This document shows positions 40,386 through 50,424 of a stretch of DNA of 64,000 nt, in pieces (the first letter of the stretch is position 1; every line of letters starts with the position of its first letter). The stretch is from a virus. Its lineage: Duplodnaviria > Caudoviricetes. Below the pieces are notes generated by a model. The model saw only the letters and a program-made list of their open reading frames with translations, had not been told where the DNA came from and ran no database searches. A program made the position numbers and the translations under genes. The stretch covers positions 96,001 through 160,000 of the IMG/VR virus record IMGVR_UViG_3300028591_003737; one strand, 5' to 3'.

Positions 40386-40565
40386 TTATTCATTAGGAAT
40401 AAGAATTGCTCCAATAAAATATGGAAGTATTCCAAATCCATAACAAAGAGTAAGAATACCAACACCAATTCTAACTATAGTAGGATCAATACCAAAATAG
40501 TTAGCAACACCAGAACAAACTCCGCAGAGCATCTTTTCACCTTTAACTAATCTTTTGTCACTCAT
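40386..40565 (-). CDS. pspC: PspC domain protein (59 aa, not in track)
   Basis: MSDKRLVKGEKMLCGVCSGVANYFGIDPTIVRI...LPYFIGAILIP. Confidence 0.88.
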   Translation of the reverse strand: MSDKRLVKGEKMLCGVCSGVANYFGIDPTIVRIGVGILTLCYGFGILPYFIGAILIPNE

Positions 40566-40567
40566 AA

Positions 40568-41308
40568 TTAAATATATTCTCTTTTTTGATAAGTTTTTAT
40601 AATAATAGCATAATCTTTATAATCTATTTCAATTCCAGTTTTCCATGGACATAGATTATCAGCATCACATTCATCTATACCAGATTTAACCAATAAATCA
40701 AATAAAGGACTATTTGGATGATAATCACAATATAATTGTGCTTTATATTCTGTACCATCAGAAAATTTATATTTACATCCATTCAAGAAATATTCTTTAA
40801 TATTTTCTCTTAATGTTTTATATGTATTTTCATCATATTTTTCAGATGATAAAGTCTTTAAATATGAACCAAGCATACACATATTAAAACTATGTTCTTC
40901 ATCTAATGCTCCATTATCTTGAAGATGAAAACCAAGAATTCTTTTAGTCCATTCATCAGCAGCAAGATTACATGCTTCTAAGAAATTTCTTCTCCAACCA
41001 TTACGATAAATAAATTCATCTTCAATACTATGTACCCAATTTGAATATTCATAATGTTCTATAAAATTACCATTTTCGGTTCTTTCAATTGTACCATAGA
41101 AATAATCAGAATATTCTTTATAATAATCACTTTTCCAATCATCTCCTTTTGGTTCAGGAAAATATTTATTACATTCTTCAATGATATAATTATAAATATC
41201 TTGATAATATTTTATATCATTAAAAAGTTTATTTATACATTCAGCAATATTTTCTTTTTTAATTCTTGAACACTCTGGAAAAGAATTTATAATTTCTTCA
41301 TTAGTCAT
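40568..41308 (-). CDS. Hypothetical phage protein
   Basis: 246 aa, CDYHP...CPWKT motifs. Confidence 0.8.
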   Translation of the reverse strand: MTNEEIINSFPECSRIKKENIAECINKLFNDIKYYQDIYNYIIEECNKYFPEPKGDDWKSDYYKEYSDYFYGTIERTENGNFIEHYEYSNWVHSIEDEFIYRNGWRRNFLEACNLAADEWTKRILGFHLQDNGALDEEHSFNMCMLGSYLKTLSSEKYDENTYKTLRENIKEYFLNGCKYKFSDGTEYKAQLYCDYHPNSPLFDLLVKSGIDECDADNLCPWKTGIEIDYKDYAIIIKTYQKREYI

Positions 41309-41433
41309 AATTTATACTATTTTTAAAAAATCTATATAATAAATATAGAAAATCAAATGTATTTTCTACTGAAATAAAAAATGTTTATTATATTATTAGA
41401 TATTTAGAAAAAATATAAAATTTAAATTAAATA

Positions 41434-41814
41434 ATGAATTATCTTAGTATTAATGATCTTGTATCAAAAGAAATCTTACCTCAAATAAATGATACTGTTG
41501 CAGATTATCTTGAAGATAAGTTTTCTTATATTGAAAATCAAGAAGATTTAGAAGATTTAGAAGAATATGAAATTGAAGAAGATTTAATTGAAATAGTAAC
41601 AAGTGCAATTATTGATATGATTGCAGAAGTTAAAGATGATTATTCTGAAGAATTATCAAAGGTAGATGAACCAATGGATAGTACAGAATTATATAATATG
41701 ATAGAATCTTCTTTCAATGATTATAAAGAAATCATGATTCAGAGATTCAATGATGAATTTGAAAGAGAAGAATATTTAGATGAATATTATTCAGAAGGTG
41801 ATTTTGATTTTTAA
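41434..41814 (+). CDS. Highly acidic small protein (candidate DNA mimic)
   Basis: 126 aa; hand count about 41 D/E versus 7 K/R. Confidence 0.75.
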   Translation: MNYLSINDLVSKEILPQINDTVADYLEDKFSYIENQEDLEDLEEYEIEEDLIEIVTSAIIDMIAEVKDDYSEELSKVDEPMDSTELYNMIESSFNDYKEIMIQRFNDEFEREEYLDEYYSEGDFDF

Positions 41815-41846
41815 AAAAAAGAGGTTCATTAAGAACCTCTTTTTTT
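41813..41846. terminator. Bidirectional intrinsic terminator
   Basis: aaaaaaaagaggttc / gaacctctttttttt. Confidence 0.85.
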
Positions 41847-42305
41847 ATTCTTTCGATATTCCATAAGCCATCTACGCCAAGCTTTACCACCATCAATATT
41901 TACATTAGGTCTTTTAGCAAGTTCTTCTTTAATTTCTTCCATTTGACCTTCCCAATATAATCCATCAAAATGGATTTTCATAAAGTTACCATAATTAACA
42001 GTTCTCCACCTATGTTCTTTAGGAACATACTCATAATGTCTACCACCTTGTTTAGATTTAATAATTGTATGTTCTTTAATTACCTGTTCACGGGTTTTAT
42101 CTGACAGCTTCATATACAGACACATTTTAGGAAGATTTATTTTTTCATCCTTATATGGTCCATATACATTTTCCCATACTTCATATGTATTCTTAATAAT
42201 ATTATACTTAATATAATAATCATACATATAACCAGGTTTACAATATCGATTTTTACGATATTCATGAAGCAAAGCCTCTGTAGGAAATTCAGATAATTTA
42301 TTCAT
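41829..42305 (-). CDS. Hypothetical basic protein
   Basis: 158 aa. Confidence 0.75.
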   Translation of the reverse strand: MNKLSEFPTEALLHEYRKNRYCKPGYMYDYYIKYNIIKNTYEVWENVYGPYKDEKINLPKMCLYMKLSDKTREQVIKEHTIIKSKQGGRHYEYVPKEHRWRTVNYGNFMKIHFDGLYWEGQMEEIKEELAKRPNVNIDGGKAWRRWLMEYRKNKKRGS

Positions 42306-42313
42306 ATTAATTT

Positions 42314-42721
42314 TTATTTAGATAAAGTATAATATGTTTTCATTTTATATCGTCCACAATCCCAAGTGTCATTAATCTGACCATTCTTTACACAAGCAAC
42401 ATGACTGCGGATATTTACAATATAAATACCATTCTTATGAGTTTCACAAAATCTGCGTACAGTTATATAATCTGGAAGTGATACTTTAGAAAAATTATTC
42501 TGAAGAGCAAACTTCTCAATCACTTTAGGATCATTTGGCATATCAAACATTTTTGCTGCCAAAATACAAATCTCATTGAATACTTTGCTCCAAGTAAAAT
42601 TAAGAGCACAAGCGAATGCACGAATCACACAATCACCCTTTCTCCAAGTTTTAGGTTTTCCAGTCTTCTTATCAAACTTGACATCAGGATTGGGGTTGAA
42701 GTATTTAAAAGTCTCGCTCAT
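42314..42721 (-). CDS. Putative Cys-His-Asp (C39/papain-like) protein
   Basis: GDCVIRA...SHVACVKNGQINDTWDC; promoter motif TTGAAT-N16-TATATT at 42747-42774. Confidence 0.55.
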   Translation of the reverse strand: MSETFKYFNPNPDVKFDKKTGKPKTWRKGDCVIRAFACALNFTWSKVFNEICILAAKMFDMPNDPKVIEKFALQNNFSKVSLPDYITVRRFCETHKNGIYIVNIRSHVACVKNGQINDTWDCGRYKMKTYYTLSK

Positions 42722-42772
42722 AATGTTTTAATGTTTTAACAATATTAATATAGCACTATTTTTTAAAAATTC

Positions 42773-42805
42773 AAAAAAAAAGAGGATGAATTTATCATCC
42801 TCTTT
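42773..42805 (-). terminator. Intrinsic terminator after tail tube
   Basis: aaagaggatga / tcatcctcttt stem with a T run on the minus strand. Confidence 0.8.
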
Positions 42806-42835
42806 AATTTTAACTATTTGAAAGTGATTTAGTTA

Positions 42836-43420
42836 TTATGCTAAATCTTCATCCCACCAGTCACTTCTGAATGAAACTGTAACTGTTCTAGCATCCATGT
42901 TTGTATAATTTAAATCATCAATACCAGTAATACCTGTAAGCATTACTTTGTGGAATACATAACTTCTCCAAACAGTACCATCTCTATTAGCTTCAGCAAT
43001 TCTAAGATTATCAGCTACATAGTCAGCCATAAGTGTTCTTGTACCATCACTAAGGTCATAACCAAGTTTTCCCCATGCTTTTAAAACTTTAAGTACATAA
43101 GCATCTGTAGCATTTCTGATATTAAGATTGAAAACAATCTGTAATTCAGCAAATGTGCTATCAAGAACTGGGTTAAGGAATGATACATCAACACCAAGGA
43201 ATTTCTGTGAACCAGCAGCAACAGTCTTCTGAAGAGCGTCAAGGCCAGCAACTGAAACAACCTGTTCTGTTAAAATAGCTTCATCATCTTTAAATGTGCT
43301 TTGAAGTGCAGTTGGTAAAGTAAAATATACCTCAAAGATACTTGAATGCATAGGATCGTAAAAATTATTACCAGCCTGTGTATTCTTTATATGAGGTAAA
43401 TGTGAAACTTGACTTGCCAT
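42836..43420 (-). CDS. Tail tube protein (T4 gp19-like)
   Basis: 194 aa directly downstream of the sheath gene; FEVYFTLP...W.KLGYD...DLNY...TVSFRSDWW tube pattern. Confidence 0.8.
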   Translation of the reverse strand: MASQVSHLPHIKNTQAGNNFYDPMHSSIFEVYFTLPTALQSTFKDDEAILTEQVVSVAGLDALQKTVAAGSQKFLGVDVSFLNPVLDSTFAELQIVFNLNIRNATDAYVLKVLKAWGKLGYDLSDGTRTLMADYVADNLRIAEANRDGTVWRSYVFHKVMLTGITGIDDLNYTNMDARTVTVSFRSDWWDEDLA

Positions 43421-43509
43421 TTTATATATAAAATCTTATGTTTTTGTTATCTAATTAAAAATATACAATATTTTAATTCTGGAGAGATTTTATTCTCTCC
43501 AGAAATAAA

Positions 43510-46509
43510 TTATTTAGTTTCAATAATATTACTTGACATCTGACCTGTCTTGTAAAGTGTAAGTTCGTGAATCATCTTACCACAACCCATACCTGGTTCG
43601 ATATGTGTAGAAAGAATTGCCATTTCATTGTCAATAATTTCTGGAGTATTATTTGATTCATCCATTACATTAAGATAAGCCTGAATACCACCATTAGCAG
43701 CAACTCTTGCGCAGATGAAATTAGCTTTATCAAGGATAGCATTTCTTGTTGTAGGATTATTGAATTCCCACTGATATGCCTGAAGTACCTTTTCAATTTC
43801 ATCCTGTAAGTAAATTACAAGTTCACGTACATTTACTTTAGAAAGAGCTGAAACAGGAGTCTGTTTTGCAGTCTGGTTAGCATTGATAAATGTACCAAAA
43901 CCTGGACGGTAAACAAGACAGTTAACACCAAATGGTTCAATAATCTGAAGTTCATCCATTGAGTAACTGTAATCAGGACCTACAAGATCTGCACATTCAA
44001 TCTTAGCATTGTTAGGACCAGCTACGATGTAGTAAGGCTGTCTTGATGTGTACTTAGTCATGAATAAGTTAGAAACAACACCTGCTGAAGGAACGATTGT
44101 ATCTACATAACCATCACTGAGTTTCATTGGTGAATAGAATGCTGCAAATGATGCACCTTCTGCTTCTGTAGGAAGTGAGAATTTCTTACCAAATGCTTTC
44201 TTCTTATTATAACCAGCAGCTACATATGCTACATTGAATACACCCTTAGCATCTGTGAATGAAGTGTAAGGACATTTAAGGAATGTCTTTACTGAAGGGA
44301 AGTTAAGAATTGCAAATGCACTCTGCTTTTCTTTTGCAAGGTATGAAAGAACCTTCTTAGCTGAGCTATCAACATAAGTTTCAAATGTATCAATGATATA
44401 TCTGTAGTCGATATTAGCTTTATTAAGAAGAGCAGTCTTAAGACCCTTATATTCAGAAATAGCTGAAAGTAAGAAGTTCTGCCAATTAAGTTTGTCAATC
44501 ATGCTTGTTGAAGCAGGTTTGCCATTCTTATATACATAACCTTCAAGATACTGAGGAACGAATGTACCAATTTCCTGATTAAGAGCAGCATCAATTCTTA
44601 CAAGATATGAATTACCATCATTATCTACTTTAAGAAGAGGTTCACCAGTTAATCTGATAATATATTTAACTTTATCAGTACCTTCTATCTTTTCTGAAAG
44701 AATTTCCTGAACATATACATTATCGAAGAAACCATCTTCTGCATCAGCTTCACCATCACCATCTTTATCAATAGAACCGTCTTCTGCAAGGAAGCAGTCA
44801 CCTACTGAAAGACTTGTGAAAATACTCTTGTCCCAAGGACTATCAGCGTTTACAAATTCATAAACACCATTATTTTCACTACCAACCCATGCTTGATCAT
44901 CAACAGGAATAAATGTTACTGAAGAACCATAAACTGTATTAGCTTCATCATCATTCTTTACAGATTCTGGTGTAACTTCTACTAATGAAACCTTCATGTT
45001 ATTATCTGTATCACCATAAACACCATAAGGAGATGTTGCTGAAGTTGCTTCAAGACGAGTAATAGAAGTAATAACTGTAGCAGGACCTTCTGATGTAAAT
45101 TCACCATTTTCATCAATGAATGCATTACCACTTGTAAATACTGAACCATAACCATCTGTTAAAATACCATTTTCACCAATAGCATTTAATTTACCAAGAA
45201 TAGTATTGAATTCAGCAGCATTATCACCACATTCAATATCAATTGTCTTCTGAGAATCACCTACTTGTGTAAGAGTAATCTTATGATTTTCTTCATCAAT
45301 ATTAGATATATAAAGTGTACCTGTTACTTTCTTTTCATTCTTATTATCGAAATCAATAATAGCTTTAAGAGCACCATTTTCATCTCTCTTAACAACATTG
45401 TTTGTAAATTCAACCTTTTCAGAAACAACAGGAGCATTTAAGTTACCAAGAAGTGAAGTAGTTGCAGTACCATTAAATAAATTATCAAGTAATTCTTCAT
45501 TAATTGAAAGTCTACCTGAAAGATCAATATTAGCAATACCATCTTCTTCAAGTAAATCAACATTGAAACTCATCATCATATTGTGAGTATCACTGTCATT
45601 ATTGAAAAGTATATCAAGTGCTGCATAACCACCTTGCTTGTTCTTGAAGTAAGGAATAAGAGCACCTACATAGTGACCGATAGCACCAGATGTTTCATCT
45701 GCATAAAGAGCATCAAGAGCATCGATTTCATCACCATAAGCATTAAGAACATGTTTCTTTAATTTAACATCTTCTGAGTTAATATCATCTACACCATCGA
45801 AATAGAATTTAAGTGTTGAAGAAGCAAGAACCTGTGATTTTGTGAATTTTCCTTTGAATACATAGATTTCTGCAAAGAAGTCAGAAATTAATGAATTCTT
45901 ATATGGTTCAAGATATTCTGGAAGTTCTTCATCTGAATACCAATCACTTACTGTGATATTATATCCATTTACTTTAGAACCAGAAGCTTTACGGATAAAG
46001 TATGTACCTGATAACTGCTTAGTGTTGATAGCACTAATGTTAATGTACTGATCCATGAAAGCACCAGAAGCTGATTTAAGACCATTAAGTTTTTCTGCAG
46101 AAAGTTCCCAGAATCTTGTTGTGTCATAAATATCTTCAACATTTAACTTAACTGTGTTAATAATATCGTATTTAGGATTAAAGTCTGTATTGATAGTTGC
46201 AGCATCAACTGTTTCACCATCAAACTTCTTAAGGTTCAAGCAAAGGATAGGACCAGATGCAAGAGCCTGAATAGCGATACGATGGAAGAAAACTCCTCTC
46301 TTTTCGAGTTTCTTTGAAATATCACCATAAACAGCTTTAAAATCAGTAACAGATGTAATATAAGTAGGAATGTTGAAAGGACCCTTTTCTGAGTAACCAA
46401 CAACAAGTCTAAGAACACTACTTTCTACGCCAGCTACGGTTGATTTATCAAAAACAATACGGTATATACCAGCAGCTTTAAATTGTTGTAAATAAACTGG
46501 AATAGCCAT
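43510..46509 (-). CDS. Contractile tail sheath protein (T4 gp18-like)
   Basis: N-terminal AAGIYR..VVGYSEKGPFNIP; C-terminal SKVNVREL, WEFN, VMDESNNTPEIIDN. Confidence 0.92.
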   Translation of the reverse strand: MAIPVYLQQFKAAGIYRIVFDKSTVAGVESSVLRLVVGYSEKGPFNIPTYITSVTDFKAVYGDISKKLEKRGVFFHRIAIQALASGPILCLNLKKFDGETVDAATINTDFNPKYDIINTVKLNVEDIYDTTRFWELSAEKLNGLKSASGAFMDQYINISAINTKQLSGTYFIRKASGSKVNGYNITVSDWYSDEELPEYLEPYKNSLISDFFAEIYVFKGKFTKSQVLASSTLKFYFDGVDDINSEDVKLKKHVLNAYGDEIDALDALYADETSGAIGHYVGALIPYFKNKQGGYAALDILFNNDSDTHNMMMSFNVDLLEEDGIANIDLSGRLSINEELLDNLFNGTATTSLLGNLNAPVVSEKVEFTNNVVKRDENGALKAIIDFDNKNEKKVTGTLYISNIDEENHKITLTQVGDSQKTIDIECGDNAAEFNTILGKLNAIGENGILTDGYGSVFTSGNAFIDENGEFTSEGPATVITSITRLEATSATSPYGVYGDTDNNMKVSLVEVTPESVKNDDEANTVYGSSVTFIPVDDQAWVGSENNGVYEFVNADSPWDKSIFTSLSVGDCFLAEDGSIDKDGDGEADAEDGFFDNVYVQEILSEKIEGTDKVKYIIRLTGEPLLKVDNDGNSYLVRIDAALNQEIGTFVPQYLEGYVYKNGKPASTSMIDKLNWQNFLLSAISEYKGLKTALLNKANIDYRYIIDTFETYVDSSAKKVLSYLAKEKQSAFAILNFPSVKTFLKCPYTSFTDAKGVFNVAYVAAGYNKKKAFGKKFSLPTEAEGASFAAFYSPMKLSDGYVDTIVPSAGVVSNLFMTKYTSRQPYYIVAGPNNAKIECADLVGPDYSYSMDELQIIEPFGVNCLVYRPGFGTFINANQTAKQTPVSALSKVNVRELVIYLQDEIEKVLQAYQWEFNNPTTRNAILDKANFICARVAANGGIQAYLNVMDESNNTPEIIDNEMAILSTHIEPGMGCGKMIHELTLYKTGQMSSNIIETK

Positions 46510-46615
46510 TTTTTTATATTTGTAATATATTTATTATTTTTTCAATTAATAGAATTAAACATAACTTCTATAATTTAATTAAAAATAAACTTTTTTAATA
46601 GCAATATTTTTAAAA

Positions 46616-46648
46616 TAAAAAAATCCAGGAGAAATTCCCCTGGATTTT
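46616..46648 (-). terminator. Intrinsic terminator after major capsid gene
   Basis: aaaatccagg / cctggatttt stem with a T run. Confidence 0.8.
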
Positions 46649-46713
46649 CCATCTTACGATGTGAATTATATATAGAGTGCGAGGTTAAAGTCGCATTATA
46701 TATATCTTTCAGA

Positions 46714-48441
46714 TTAGATAAGTCCAAATTCTGAACCAACTGTAAATGTGAAGTACTGTGTTTCTGGATAGAAACCAGCGTCAACAATAGCATATCTTGA
46801 GTTAACAAGCATCTTAGGAGCCATTGTACCTTCAGCTGTGATAGATACTGTATCAGCAAGAATATAAGGCATAAAGATTACACCAGGTTCATTACCGTTA
46901 CCCTTTCTACCAACGCAAACTCTTGTGTCATCCCAATCCATATAAGGATCAACATAAACCTTAAGACCTGCAATTGTACCACTCATGAATAAGTTCTGTG
47001 AACCATCCTGTGCGAAGTTGTTTACCATAGGAGCAACAACATAACCACTAACATCCTGAAGAGCTGTAGCAACCTGAGCATTTGTAACAACCCATGTTGG
47101 TCTACCTCTACGTCCAGTTACCTGGATAAGGTTAGCAGCAGCAAGAAGCTTAGAACCAATTCTTCTCTGACGAGTATGAAGATTTTCAGCACTTGTGTTA
47201 ACTTCACTGTTCTTGATTGTTCCCCAATCTCCTTTGTGTTCTACACCATATACATCCTTGAAAGTCTTGATTGACTGAGCAGCCATTGTGCTATCTGATG
47301 TACCCATCCAAAGGTTAAGGTCAACACCCTGATAGATCTTCTGGTTAATAGCGTTAGTTACACCAAGAGCAAATACATGTTCAAGAATTCTAGCATTGAT
47401 TGACTGAGTGATTTCATTCTGCATTGCTTCCATAACCTTAGCAACAGCGTCAACACCGTAAAGAGGAAGATCCTGAAGTTGCTGTCTTGTTACAGTACCA
47501 GTTACTTCATAAGAACCCATCTGTACCCATTTGCTGAATAATCTAAGACCAAGTACATTACCTGTACCAGTTTCATTTTCAGCTCTTGTCATTGATCTCT
47601 TTTCACCAGTTGCGAAGTTAGCGAAACCATCAACGAAATCAACCATTGTCTGAGCGAAATCAACTGAAGTTACATTACCAGCAGCAACACCGCTAAGAAC
47701 TGCAGGATTTACACCATCGAAAAGATCTGCTACAGCAGCGTGACCATCAGCACCTTCGCAAGAAACAACCTTAACGATAAGACCGTGATCCATTCTACCA
47801 AGCTGTACAAATGTACCCTTGAATGTTACACCATTACCTACAACAGTAACTGATTTGTCAGCATCATCAGCAAGTTTTCTAAGAGCTGCTGTATCACCAT
47901 CAAAACCAAGGAATTTTACATAAAGAGGTTTGTTTTCAGCACCTTCTCCTCTACCATCAAGGCCAGCTACTTCGTTCTTTCTACCCATCTTACCACCAGC
48001 ATATGGGAAGTCCATATAAGTTAACATTGCCCAAGGACCTTTAGCAGGAATAACTGGAACAAGTTCAAGACCGATTGTAAGAAGTGCTACGTTAAGGGCC
48101 ATAGGAAGTGTTGATACAGGAATATCACCGCTACCAACTGCCTGTTTAAAGAAGTCACCTGATGCACCCATTGGAACCTGACCATTAGCACCATAACCTG
48201 GAGCCATTGGATTACCCATACCAAGAGTATTAAGAGGTGTAGCATAAAGTGGAGAAACACCCTGTGCAGGAGCTACCTGACCATTGATATTAGCGCCACC
48301 AACACCAAGCATTGATTCATGAATTTCATGGATAGCTGCATATTGTGATACCCAGTTTAACTTTTCGTTATCTGTAACGTTGAAATTTTCTTTCAACATT
48401 TTAGTCCACATCTGTGTACCATTTTGTTCGTTAATAAACAT
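46714..48441 (-). CDS. Major capsid protein (T4 gp23-like)
   Basis: NEITQSIN, GRRGRPTWVV, GTIAGLKVYVDPY, GVIFMPY, TMAPKMLVNSRYA; late motif at 48523-48536. Confidence 0.92.
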   Translation of the reverse strand: MFINEQNGTQMWTKMLKENFNVTDNEKLNWVSQYAAIHEIHESMLGVGGANINGQVAPAQGVSPLYATPLNTLGMGNPMAPGYGANGQVPMGASGDFFKQAVGSGDIPVSTLPMALNVALLTIGLELVPVIPAKGPWAMLTYMDFPYAGGKMGRKNEVAGLDGRGEGAENKPLYVKFLGFDGDTAALRKLADDADKSVTVVGNGVTFKGTFVQLGRMDHGLIVKVVSCEGADGHAAVADLFDGVNPAVLSGVAAGNVTSVDFAQTMVDFVDGFANFATGEKRSMTRAENETGTGNVLGLRLFSKWVQMGSYEVTGTVTRQQLQDLPLYGVDAVAKVMEAMQNEITQSINARILEHVFALGVTNAINQKIYQGVDLNLWMGTSDSTMAAQSIKTFKDVYGVEHKGDWGTIKNSEVNTSAENLHTRQRRIGSKLLAAANLIQVTGRRGRPTWVVTNAQVATALQDVSGYVVAPMVNNFAQDGSQNLFMSGTIAGLKVYVDPYMDWDDTRVCVGRKGNGNEPGVIFMPYILADTVSITAEGTMAPKMLVNSRYAIVDAGFYPETQYFTFTVGSEFGLI

Positions 48442-48557
48442 TGTAATTTATAAAAATTTATTTGTTATTTTTTGTAATTATATTCTTTTTATTTATCTTC
48501 CGATAAATGTTGTCTATTTACTTAATTAAAAATAAATAATTTTAAATGAGATAGAAA

Positions 48558-50303
48558 TTAAGCTCTTCTGAGTCTCATCATCTGAGCATATACATTGTTA
48601 TAATGACTTTCAAGAACGTCCTTTGGTTCTTCAACTGACTGAGGAGTTTTTGCTGAAGCAAAATCTACACTCTGCCAGAATGATTCAAGAACACCTTCTT
48701 TCTTAAAGTCATAAGCCTTTGACATTCTAACTATTTCGTCTTGTCTTTCTTCTGAAAGAGCATTCCAAGATGGCTGATATTCAGCAGGCATATTTTCAAC
48801 TACGTATACACCAGCGAACTTATCTTGTGCTTTCTGTTCTTTTACAAGCTGTGAGATAGCTTCATCTTTGTTTTCAAGGCTTTCAATAAGAGCGTCAATA
48901 TCTGAAAGCTTAGCAGATTTCTGACTTTCCATGAAAGCAGAAACATTTTCATTTACTTTTGCTTCGATATTAGCATTGTTTTCAGGAGTATATTCTTCAT
49001 TAATCCAACCTTCGATAACTGGAGCAAATTCTTCACAAACCCAATTCTGAACTTCTGGTGCAAATTCTTCACATACCCAATTCTGTACTTCTGGAGCAAA
49101 TTCTTCACATACCCAGTTCTGTACTTCTGGAGCGAATTCTTCTGTAATCCAATTCTGTACTTCAGGAGCGAATTCTTCGCATACCCAATTCTGAATAGTT
49201 TCTGAGAAATTCTCAACTACCCAATTTTGAACATCTGAATTAATAGACTCTGAAAGTTCTGTCTTAAATTCAGGAGCAAATTCTTCTGTAACCCATTTTT
49301 CAATCTTTTCATACTGAGGAGCTTCATAAGCATTTACCTTTTCATTTACACCATTAAGTGTTTCATTAACACTATTAATAGAAGTATTAACACCTTCAAG
49401 TGTTTCATTAAGTTTTGCAATTTCTGCATCCTTAGCTGTTAATGATTCTTGAGCAACATGAAGTTCAGCTTCTAAACTAGTTACCTTTTCAGTAAGTTTA
49501 TCAATTGCTTCTTTTAAATCATTCATTGTAGTATCTTGACTATTTTTGTTATTATCATCTTTATCAGATGTATCTTCTTTATTTTCATCGTCATTTTCTT
49601 CATCTTCTTTCTTGTCATCACCTTCTTCAGATTTTTCATCTTTCTTAGGTTCGTTTTCAGAAGAAGAATCTCCTTCACCTTTATCCTTGTTGTCTTTATT
49701 ATCTTCTTCACCAAGTAAATCATCGTCTTCGCTTTCATCTACGATAGCCCAGATTTCATTACCGTCTTCAGCAGATTCATTTAAACATTCAAGGGTTTGA
49801 TTGGCTTTAAGGTTTAATTTAGCTTGAGCAAAACCAGGTGTACCAACTAAGTCATAAGTTTTAATAGTAGAAAGTGTTACATTACCATTTTCATCAATAG
49901 AACCAGCACCTCTAGAAGAAATATAAAGAGGAACACCACCAGCAACAATAGCTTTTGCATCTTTACCTTTAGCAGTATCAAGTAAAAGAATTGTACCAGT
50001 AATTGTACCATCTTCATTCATTTCAATAGACTCAATCTTATGTGAAACATTATTAAGATTAATATTCATAGTATTAGGATGTTCAAGTTCTCCAAGAAGA
50101 CCTTCAGTTGAAATAACTTTTTGAAGATTTTCAACCATTAATCCGTAATTTTCCTTTGAATATATACGTCTATTTTCATTCTTAATTCCGCAAACACCAA
50201 ATACACCTGTCATACGAACTTCATTAGTATTCTGAGACTCCTGGATCTGCAATCCTGTTGTAGGTCCTAAAGTTTCAAATACCATGCATTTTTTATTTGC
50301 CAT
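48558..50303 (-). CDS. Prohead core protease (T4 gp21-like) fused to an acidic/coiled-coil scaffold region
   Basis: NENRRIY, GELEHP, VSHKI, ISSRGAGS, TYDLVGTPGF, then an acidic linker, coiled coil and 12-aa repeats. Confidence 0.9.
   Translation of the reverse strand: MANKKCMVFETLGPTTGLQIQESQNTNEVRMTGVFGVCGIKNENRRIYSKENYGLMVENLQKVISTEGLLGELEHPNTMNINLNNVSHKIESIEMNEDGTITGTILLLDTAKGKDAKAIVAGGVPLYISSRGAGSIDENGNVTLSTIKTYDLVGTPGFAQAKLNLKANQTLECLNESAEDGNEIWAIVDESEDDDLLGEEDNKDNKDKGEGDSSSENEPKKDEKSEEGDDKKEDEENDDENKEDTSDKDDNNKNSQDTTMNDLKEAIDKLTEKVTSLEAELHVAQESLTAKDAEIAKLNETLEGVNTSINSVNETLNGVNEKVNAYEAPQYEKIEKWVTEEFAPEFKTELSESINSDVQNWVVENFSETIQNWVCEEFAPEVQNWITEEFAPEVQNWVCEEFAPEVQNWVCEEFAPEVQNWVCEEFAPVIEGWINEEYTPENNANIEAKVNENVSAFMESQKSAKLSDIDALIESLENKDEAISQLVKEQKAQDKFAGVYVVENMPAEYQPSWNALSEERQDEIVRMSKAYDFKKEGVLESFWQSVDFASAKTPQSVEEPKDVLESHYNNVYAQMMRLRRA
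48985..49308 (-). repeat. 36-bp coding tandem repeat (EVQNWVCEEFAP)
   Basis: Nine in-phase 36-nt units; five near-identical at 49021-49200. Confidence 0.92.
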
Positions 50304-50424
50304 ATTATATATTATGTATTATATTTGATATTTCCTAATTACTTTATTAAAAATAAATAAAAAATAAACTAATTGAAAAATGATGACAGATCTCAAATAG
50401 TTTATTAAAAATAATATTAATTTG

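Noticed and set aside
46575-46859. 94-aa alternative-frame ORF as a frameshift extension of the capsid protein
   Set aside because: It runs through the terminator, has no obvious slippery site and has low-complexity composition.
48985-49308. 36-bp repeats as a CRISPR array
   Set aside because: The units are contiguous with no unique spacers, are in frame, and vary mostly at synonymous positions. This is a coding repeat.
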